A stretch of 60,874 nt of DNA from a virus, in the IMG/VR virus record IMGVR_UViG_3300045988_147447; one strand, given 5' to 3'. Positions within the stretch are counted from its first letter, which is position 1; the number at the start of each line of letters is the position of its first letter. The translations under genes were made by a program, and so were the position numbers. This document shows, in pieces, positions 55,210 through 60,874 of this stretch. A model generated the notes under the pieces. It did not search any database. It was not told the origin of the DNA and saw nothing but the letters and a program-made list of their open reading frames with translations.

Positions 55210-55829
55210 ATCTTTCCTTTCTTCTTGAGGTTGTTATATGCCATTTTAAGCTGTTCGCTTGTCATGTCATCAGCACTTCCTACATTGAAATAAGACAGTA
55301 TGTTCTGCGCAAACTGATTGTCGGTCATCATGTAATCAACGACAATATTTTTCACTTCATCTACTGTAGCAGGGGTTTGCACTTTGGATTTGTTTTCATC
55401 AGGGTCTTCACCTGTAGCAATCTTATAGGCATTAAGTAAAGCGTATTTTCTGGCATAAGTAGAAGCCTTTCCAAATCCCTTGTCGCCTGGGTCAAGTCCA
55501 CGCCCAAAACTTTCCACGTCTATGTATTCTGATGTGTTGTCCAGATTGATAATGCGTAGGGTCATTTTTATGATGTCCATATAGTTGATGGATTCCCCTC
55601 CACCTTCTTTGACAACTCTAATTATTTCCGATTTAACAAGTTCCTGCTTAATGGGAATACTGACAAGGCCATGCTTGGACTCGGCTTCTTTCACTTCCAA
55701 GGTGACATCAATGTCCTGTACTGCCTTGTAGGCATAATTACCTTTGCCTACGGTCAGGTTCTTTTCGATATTTTTTATCTCATTTGAGACAAGCTGTATC
55801 TTCTGATATAGATTTGGCTTTTCTTCCAT
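55206..55829 (-). CDS. ERF-family single-strand annealing protein
   Basis: LYQKIQLVSNEIKNIEKN...YKAVQDIDV and ASTYARKYALLNAYKIATGED are Erf-like. Confidence 0.55.
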   Translation of the reverse strand: MEEKPNLYQKIQLVSNEIKNIEKNLTVGKGNYAYKAVQDIDVTLEVKEAESKHGLVSIPIKQELVKSEIIRVVKEGGGESINYMDIIKMTLRIINLDNTSEYIDVESFGRGLDPGDKGFGKASTYARKYALLNAYKIATGEDPDENKSKVQTPATVDEVKNIVVDYMMTDNQFAQNILSYFNVGSADDMTSEQLKMAYNNLKKKGKI

Positions 55830-55840
55830 AATAATTGGTT

Positions 55841-56053
55841 TTAATACATCAATTTTGCATGTTTTATCACGTCCCAGGCATTACAAGCCCATCTGCTGTG
55901 TGGCACGCCTTCTTTGGTCTTGTATCTTATCCTTCCGGATTCGCACAATTCTTTCAGCCTTTTGAGACCGCCTACTATCGAAGCTGCTTCGTATTTCCCG
56001 AAAGACTTGTTGTTTAAGACTATTTTCAATACATCTTCGTTTATCATAAGCAT
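55841..56053 (-). CDS. hypothetical small protein
   Basis: 70-aa ORF. Confidence 0.4.
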   Translation of the reverse strand: MLMINEDVLKIVLNNKSFGKYEAASIVGGLKRLKELCESGRIRYKTKEGVPHSRWACNAWDVIKHAKLMY

Positions 56054-56054
56054 T

Positions 56055-56297
56055 TTATTTTAAGCAGATAATTGCCGAGAAACCCGGATACTCTGTTGCT
56101 GATACCCGATATTTCACGTCCATTTTGTTTTTAAGTGTCCCGATCAAGCGAAGGTCACGATTGCGGCGTGATGCTTCCAGCTTGATTCCGTTGTGCCGTT
56201 TCTTGTCATAGGGAACCTTGTAAATGTCCCCTTTCTTCATTTCGTCAAAAAGACGTACTGTTTGGTAGTTTTCGTCTACTGTAATTTCTCTAACCAT
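56055..56297 (-). CDS. hypothetical small protein
   Basis: 80-aa ORF. Confidence 0.45.
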   Translation of the reverse strand: MVREITVDENYQTVRLFDEMKKGDIYKVPYDKKRHNGIKLEASRRNRDLRLIGTLKNKMDVKYRVSATEYPGFSAIICLK

Positions 56298-56319
56298 AGT
56301 TTAAGTATTTGATTGTTTG

Positions 56320-56395
56320 CTGGCAGAACGGGACTCGAACCCGTGACTTCCATGCTAACCCTTACATGGTGTTCTACCGCCTGAACTATCTGCCA
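56320..56395 (-). tRNA. phage-encoded tRNA with a non-canonical 10-nt (or 6 bp plus 8 nt) anticodon loop; isotype undetermined
   Basis: TGGCAGA-TA-GTTC-AGGCGGTA-GAAC-A-CCATG-TAAGGGTTAG-CATGG-AAGTC-ACGGG-TTCGAGT-CCCGT-TCTGCCA-G. All four stems pair perfectly. Confidence 0.7.
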
Positions 56396-56450
56396 ATGAA
56401 AATGCCGGACTTTCATAGCCCGGCATCTACCCATTTTCAAACCATAAAAA

Positions 56451-56639
56451 CTAATCTACTAAGCCAGCTAATGACTTAACCATGTTCTTGAAGTTGTCAA
56501 ACTTCGATTCAATCTTTTTCTCTTCTTCCATGTAATACAGCATTGATTTTTTGTATTCTTCGGATTCTCGTTGCAGATTCTGTGTGTATGCCACGAGTTC
56601 ATCATGCGTCATACCTTGTAATTCCTCATTTGTTTTCAT
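56451..56639 (-). CDS. hypothetical small coiled-coil protein
   Basis: 62-aa ORF. Confidence 0.45.
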   Translation of the reverse strand: MKTNEELQGMTHDELVAYTQNLQRESEEYKKSMLYYMEEEKKIESKFDNFKNMVKSLAGLVD

Positions 56640-56790
56640 GTCTATTCTTTTTAATGTTTTTTATTTCCGTTTCTATCTCCTTATCAAATAGCTCCCGTCT
56701 GTCCAGTTCCCGTGAGCGTGCCGTCAGAATGGCACTGATGTCCGCAAATTCATCACAGATGCTTTTTATTGTTTCTTGCAGCTCGTTCAT
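56626..56790 (-). CDS. 54-aa ORF not in the track
   Basis: My translation is MNELQETIKSICDEFADISAILTARSRELDRRELFDKEIETEIKNIKKNRHENK*. Its TGA overlaps the next ATG region. Confidence 0.3.
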   Translation of the reverse strand: MNELQETIKSICDEFADISAILTARSRELDRRELFDKEIETEIKNIKKNRHENK

Positions 56791-56923
56791 TGTCCAGTCT
56801 GTTTGCGATTGAAAAACCAGTGATTATAAACCCGACAAATCCTATCCAGTACATAGCAGACAGGTCTTGATTGAAGTGCATTACCAGAACGGACAATGCA
56901 CAGAGAAAAAGTAGTATTTTCAT
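56753..56923 (-). CDS. 56-aa two-TM membrane ORF not in the track
   Basis: My translation is MKILLFLCALSVLVMHFNQDLSAMYWIGFVGFIITGFSIANRLDNERAARNNKKHL*. Confidence 0.3.
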   Translation of the reverse strand: MKILLFLCALSVLVMHFNQDLSAMYWIGFVGFIITGFSIANRLDNERAARNNKKHL

Positions 56924-57299
56924 AACCGTGTGTATTAAATATCGTTCCCGTGGGCGTTCCGGTGGTTGCCTTACTGCTTATCAAAGGTCTGGTAAGCCAC
57001 GGGTATATATAGTTCATGCTGGTGTCTAATCAGTGAAGATTGTCTTTGTAGCCGACCTACGGCCACCTGCAATCGTATAAGTGTCTTTTTGTTATCTGTG
57101 TGATTCGTATGCTGCGTTTGCTTAGTGCAGCCCTTTACTCATACTCTTTTCACACAGCCGTTATCGCTACTCAGTCGTCCGTTTCACGTCAGGCTTAACG
57201 GTAAGCCTAAATTTCCATCATGTCAAAGAACCAATCAAGTAGAACCCTGCCCGATTCTCGCTATCGGTTGCCGTTCAGTCCGTCAGCAGGGTAGGTGAG
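56924..57299 (-). ncRNA. ORF-free, GC-richer, hairpin-dense region: candidate structured RNA
   Basis: Minus-strand helices: ACCCTGC/GCAGGGT enclosing CCGAT/ATCGG; AGGCTTA-ccgt-TAAGCCT; GCCG-taggt-CGGC; CCCGTGG/CCACGGG enclosing CTTAC/GTAAG. No plausible ORF. Confidence 0.35.
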
Positions 57300-57554
57300 T
57301 TACCAGCGTGTAACTGCCATGCCTTGTGATAACTGAAGGTTAATGTAGTCCATGCCATCATCTTCAGGCAGGTTGTATTCTTCAAGAAGGGCTTCGTATT
57401 TGTCCACCTCTTCAGTAAGTACTTTGATGTATTCTTGCTTGCTGTCAGCATTGAAAGCCCTGCATAAAGTCTCTTCATCTGCGTTGTAGGCGAAGTTCAG
57501 GTCTTTGTACAGCCCGTCAAGTTCTTCTTCGATTTCGTGGCGTGTCATAGTCAT
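57300..57554 (-). CDS. hypothetical acidic protein
   Basis: 84-aa ORF with a 4-nt overlap with the upstream gene. Confidence 0.5.
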   Translation of the reverse strand: MTMTRHEIEEELDGLYKDLNFAYNADEETLCRAFNADSKQEYIKVLTEEVDKYEALLEEYNLPEDDGMDYINLQLSQGMAVTRW

Positions 57555-57874
57555 GCGGCGATGTTTAAAAGGTTAGCTTTCTTGAAGCATCTGTATTCTT
57601 GTCTCTCAGTATCGAAGTACACCTGAACAGTGTCATTCTTCTTTCTGCTTTCACCAGATGTGGCTGGTATCAGATTTTCTTTCAGCGTGCCGTAGGCTTC
57701 ACGAACAGAACCATCTACCTTTTTGAAGTAGAACTTTACGATTCTTTGCTTCATGGCAGCTTTCAGCTTCATGTTTGCCCAAGCGCATTTCATCGCTTCA
57801 CTCATAGAGAAACCGTTTCTCTTTACCAACTGCCATGCAAGGCTCATAATCTCGTGTAATAAATTCTTTTTCAT
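57551..57874 (-). CDS. first early-leftward gene: SH3-barrel-type (DUF2693/WYL_2-like) protein, paralog of 33697..34023
   Basis: 107 aa, divergent from cI across the operator region. Confidence 0.6.
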   Translation of the reverse strand: MKKNLLHEIMSLAWQLVKRNGFSMSEAMKCAWANMKLKAAMKQRIVKFYFKKVDGSVREAYGTLKENLIPATSGESRKKNDTVQVYFDTERQEYRCFKKANLLNIAA

Positions 57875-57955
57875 AATCGTGTGAGGGTTAGTTGTTTTTT
57901 ACTATATTTGTTTCGTACCTAAGTTTCGATATGCAAATGTACTAATATTATTGAT

Positions 57956-58031
57956 ATATCACTGATATTACAGTGAAAATATCAGTGATATTAACTTTAT
58001 TTTAGTTTTACCGAAATAATATTACTGATAT
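57956..58031. promoter_or_regulatory. immunity operators: three copies of the 13-bp palindrome ATATCA-N-TGATAT
   Basis: atatcactgatat at 57956-57968, atatcagtgatat at 57979-57991, and atattactgatat at 58019-58031. The last has 1 mismatch and overlaps the cI ATG. Confidence 0.6.
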
Positions 58032-58668
58032 GTACGATTTAAAAGGATTCAGACAAGCATTTGGACTTACCCAAAAGAATATTGCTGATATTCTTGAATG
58101 TGGTCAAGCTAATGTTTCAGGTATGGAAAAGTCTATGAGGGATTTAGAACCTGAACAATATAGAAAGTTGTGTGCTCGATTTGATGCAGCCTCTGTTGAC
58201 AAGTTTAAGGTCTCAGATTTTATCATTGATAATAAGAAAACAGAAACTGAACCTGTAATAAGTTATACTAATGGTGTACCTTACTATAATGTAGATTTCA
58301 TAGGAGGATTTGATATTGTCCTAAATGACCAGACTGCAAAGCCGGAATACTTGATAGACTTTAAGAAATACAATGAAGCTACTTGCTGGTGTAATGTTAC
58401 AGGCCATTCAATGGAACCTGAGATAACTCATGGAGATATTATTGCGTTAAAGAAAATAGAAGATAAGTCTTTTCTTCCATTAGGTGAAGTGTATGCAATA
58501 GTGACAACCAACGGAATGCGAACAATCAAGAGATTAGGCCCTTCAACCGATCCGAAATGCTATACGCTGGTTCCTACAAATAAATCTCCGGAATATGGTA
58601 TTCAGGAACTTCCTAAGAATATGATAGAACATATATATCAAGTTCTTGGCTGTATGAAAAGATTATAA
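58030..58668 (+). CDS. cI: CI-type repressor (XRE HTH plus S24 LexA-like peptidase)
   Basis: HTH FGLTQKNIADILECGQANVSGMEK. S24 Ser/Lys dyad context VTGHSMEPEITHGDIIALKK ... MRTIKRL. Confidence 0.85.
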   Translation: MYDLKGFRQAFGLTQKNIADILECGQANVSGMEKSMRDLEPEQYRKLCARFDAASVDKFKVSDFIIDNKKTETEPVISYTNGVPYYNVDFIGGFDIVLNDQTAKPEYLIDFKKYNEATCWCNVTGHSMEPEITHGDIIALKKIEDKSFLPLGEVYAIVTTNGMRTIKRLGPSTDPKCYTLVPTNKSPEYGIQELPKNMIEHIYQVLGCMKRL

Positions 58669-58677
58669 ATAATTTAT

Positions 58678-59739
58678 ATGAATTTATATATGGTAAATAT
58701 TACTGCAGAACTAAATGACCAAAAGCGAAAAGTAGATTTTAATTCTTATGATATGAGTGTAAAAGAATTAATATCTATGGTCAATGACAATATTATAGAT
58801 ATTGCACCAGAATACCAAAGGCAATTTAGATGGGATGATTCTAGACAATCTGCACTGATTGAGTCTATTTTTTTAGGTATTCCTGTTCCCTCATTGTTTA
58901 TGGCAACAAATAATGATGGGACTTGGGAGGTAATTGACGGGGTGCAGAGACTTAGTTCTATCATTAACTTCGCTGCAGATGCAATTTCTGCTGCAAGGGC
59001 CAAAATCAATCGGGATATTCCGCTTACTTTATGTGAATTAAAAAAATTGGAAAGTTTTAATGGTTTAAGATTCCCCGATTTACCTCGATCTCTCCAGATT
59101 GACTTCTTGTTGAAACCCATAAAAATTACGACATTAAGTGATAAAAGTGATAAATCTGTAAGATTTGATTTGTTTGAAAGATTAAATACAGGAGGAATTA
59201 AATTATCAGACCAGGAAATCAGAAGTTGTATTTATCGTGGAAGGTTCAATGATTTTATTAAAGCCCTTTCTGAAAATCCATCTTTTAATTCTGTAATAAA
59301 GCTATCAAAATCTTCTGAAAATGATGGAACAAAAGAAGAGTTGATATTAAGGTTTTTTGCTTATCTTAATGGTAGAGATAAGTTTGAACATAGCGTTGTT
59401 GGATTTTTAAATGATTATATGGAAAGTGCAAGCAGAAATTTTGATTATAATAATAATGAAAGAATTTTCTGTAGAACTTTTGAGGAGTTAGCACGGTTAG
59501 ATCACGGAATAGTAAAAACAAGAACTCGTTCTGTTACCTCTATTATATTATTTGAAGCTGTTAGTGTTGGTGCTGCAGAAGCTATCAAAGAACAAGATCA
59601 GATTAATCTTGATGGTTTTTATCAATGGGTGATGAATAGAGATTTTAATAATCTTATAACGGGGGCTACCAATACAAAGAACCGTGTCAATTCTAGAATA
59701 GAATACTGCAAAAATAAATTTTTAGAAGAGAATGTTTAG
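58678..59739 (+). CDS. DUF262 (ParB/Srx-fold, GmrSD-N-terminal-type) protein
   Basis: APEYQRQFRWDDSRQSALIESIFLGIPVPSLF and WEVIDGVQRLSSI (DGQQR-type motif). 353 aa. I see no His-Me/DUF1524 motif. Confidence 0.65.
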   Translation: MNLYMVNITAELNDQKRKVDFNSYDMSVKELISMVNDNIIDIAPEYQRQFRWDDSRQSALIESIFLGIPVPSLFMATNNDGTWEVIDGVQRLSSIINFAADAISAARAKINRDIPLTLCELKKLESFNGLRFPDLPRSLQIDFLLKPIKITTLSDKSDKSVRFDLFERLNTGGIKLSDQEIRSCIYRGRFNDFIKALSENPSFNSVIKLSKSSENDGTKEELILRFFAYLNGRDKFEHSVVGFLNDYMESASRNFDYNNNERIFCRTFEELARLDHGIVKTRTRSVTSIILFEAVSVGAAEAIKEQDQINLDGFYQWVMNRDFNNLITGATNTKNRVNSRIEYCKNKFLEENV

Positions 59740-60388
59740 TGACATTAATGCTGAATCAACTAGAAGATTAACAGAAGCCAAATCTTTAGTACTATTAATT
59801 AAAAATGAAGATTTGATGCGGTCATTAAATTTAGATTCTAAGGTACATAAAGGTGCATTCTTTGTGTTATTATATGGGGCTTTAGAATATACGATTACTG
59901 CAGTTGTGCAAAGATGTATTAGTATCTTAAATAAAAGACAATATGACATACATGCATTGAAACCAACATTATATTCGCTTATATTTCACAAAGAATGTAA
60001 CGCTATAATGGATGCAAGGGATAAAAAATGGACTAAAAGATATGAATTATTTTCTCAGCTTGGAGGAACTAAAATAGCAAACATTGAAGATTGTTTGTTT
60101 CCTACAAGTATTGGCAATATAAAATATAGTCAATTAGAGTCCATCTGGAATACTTTTGGGATTACTCATGATGTCGTTACAGATGTAAAAATTAAAGGAC
60201 GACTTGCAGCTTTAGCTGATAATCGAAATGCAATAGCACATGGAAGAGAATTGGCCTCTGTTATAGGAGGACGATATACAATCAGTGAAATAGAATGCAT
60301 TTATAATGATATTAATACATACTGCAGTTATATCATTACAGTTTTTGAAGACTATATAACAAATGAAATGTATTTAATCGGCCATTAA
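59732..60388 (+). CDS. HEPN-like nuclease (R-x4-H)
   Basis: ALADNRNAIAHGRE contains RNAIAH. 218 aa. Overlaps the DUF262 gene by 8 nt. Confidence 0.55.
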   Translation: MFSDINAESTRRLTEAKSLVLLIKNEDLMRSLNLDSKVHKGAFFVLLYGALEYTITAVVQRCISILNKRQYDIHALKPTLYSLIFHKECNAIMDARDKKWTKRYELFSQLGGTKIANIEDCLFPTSIGNIKYSQLESIWNTFGITHDVVTDVKIKGRLAALADNRNAIAHGRELASVIGGRYTISEIECIYNDINTYCSYIITVFEDYITNEMYLIGH

Positions 60389-60402
60389 TAAAATTCTGTG
60401 TT

Positions 60403-60741
60403 ATGAGAAAAATATTATTGACTATACTGGCAATATCATTGTTTGGCTGCGGAGGGAACAAGCCGTCCCAGGAACAGAAGGATAAAGCTGACAGATACGT
60501 CCAAAGTCTCGTGGATGCCGATATAGGAATCTACAAAGGCGAACTGACCGACGCAAACTTTCTCATCCTTGCCGTAGACGCTTATTCTGGAGCAAACTTT
60601 GATGCTTATGCACGTACATACCTGGAAGAAGCACAAGGTAAAGGACTGGAGATAAAAGGAGTCTATATTGTAGACATCAAGAACTGCCAGTTCGGCGATG
60701 GCTGGGTATCCGGTGACAGGATAGGGAAGGCATTCAAGTAG
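60403..60741 (+). CDS. small lipoprotein
   Basis: Signal plus lipobox ISLFGC. 112 aa. Last gene before attR. Confidence 0.6.
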   Translation: MRKILLTILAISLFGCGGNKPSQEQKDKADRYVQSLVDADIGIYKGELTDANFLILAVDAYSGANFDAYARTYLEEAQGKGLEIKGVYIVDIKNCQFGDGWVSGDRIGKAFK

Positions 60742-60838
60742 AAAAAATGTTCTAATGAGTATCCTTATTTAGCTTAAATTTAATCATAAACAACTGATAC
60801 ACAGTGATTTTATATTATTCTTAGATAATCATTCGTAA

Positions 60839-60874
60839 TGAGTAAGTCGCGGGTTCGAGTCCCGCTTTCGGCTC
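60839..60874 (+). repeat. attR core: duplicated tRNA 3-prime fragment
   Basis: Identical to 1-36. The preceding sequence is not tRNA-like, so this copy is the displaced partial tRNA end. The repeat may extend beyond the window. Confidence 0.85.

Noticed and set aside
56543-57017. Track ORFs 56543..56812 (+) and 56787..57017 (-).
   Set aside because: Both overlap better minus-strand small ORFs (56451..56639, 56626..56790, 56753..56923) or the structured non-coding region, and their translations look non-protein-like.
1-60874. Stop-codon reassignment (TAG/TGA/TAA recoding), suggested by the unusual phage tRNA and the in-frame TAA at 37544.
   Set aside because: All large structural and replication genes are intact in the standard code, with tight start/stop overlaps. 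Only one small ORF shows an internal stop.

Overview
The window is one complete ~60.8-kb temperate, siphovirus-like prophage. It is cut at its attachment repeats: bases 1-36 and 60839-60874 are identical and correspond to the 3-prime end of a tRNA gene. Promoter motifs, lipoprotein signals and gene families suggest a Bacteroidales host, but that is inference. Almost the whole phage is read on the minus strand, from the immunity region at the right end. The order from right to left is: divergent cI/early switch (57.5-58.7 kb), recombination module (Erf, PD-(D/E)XK exonuclease, SSB, HNH homing endonuclease), SPFH protein, NinG, SF2 helicase, replication initiator with internal iterons, DnaC-like loader, a second tyrosine recombinase plus N6-adenine methyltransferase, a ~7.5-kb low-GC accessory island of mixed strand (34.2-41.7 kb), antirepressor, IbrAB-like ParB/PAPS-reductase pair, TerS/TerL/portal, scaffold/decoration/lambda-gpE-like capsid, connectors, major tail, chaperones, 1550-aa tape measure, Dit/Tal-like proteins, fibre-like proteins, holin-like proteins, amidase endolysin, unimolecular-spanin candidate, and finally a putAbiC-like moron and the integrase at attL. 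The most interesting signals are listed here. (1) A four-cassette, shufflon-like inversion system would swap the C-terminal domain of a small tail-associated protein (8705-10263); one cassette is absent from the ORF track. (2) A lysogen-expressed cI-DUF262-HEPN-lipoprotein operon lies at attR. (3) An HTH / YD-repeat lipoprotein / ABC-type ATPase / TOPRIM-like (DUF4276/DUF4435-like) island is present. (4) A stand-alone KAP-type P-loop NTPase is present. (5) Two self-terminated HicAB cassettes interrupt the morphogenesis operon. (6) There is a phage tRNA with a 10-nt anticodon loop, several tRNA-like cloverleaf or minihelix elements, and a ~375-nt ORF-free structured region. All functional names come from motifs I could read in the translations and from gene order. 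No database search was run.
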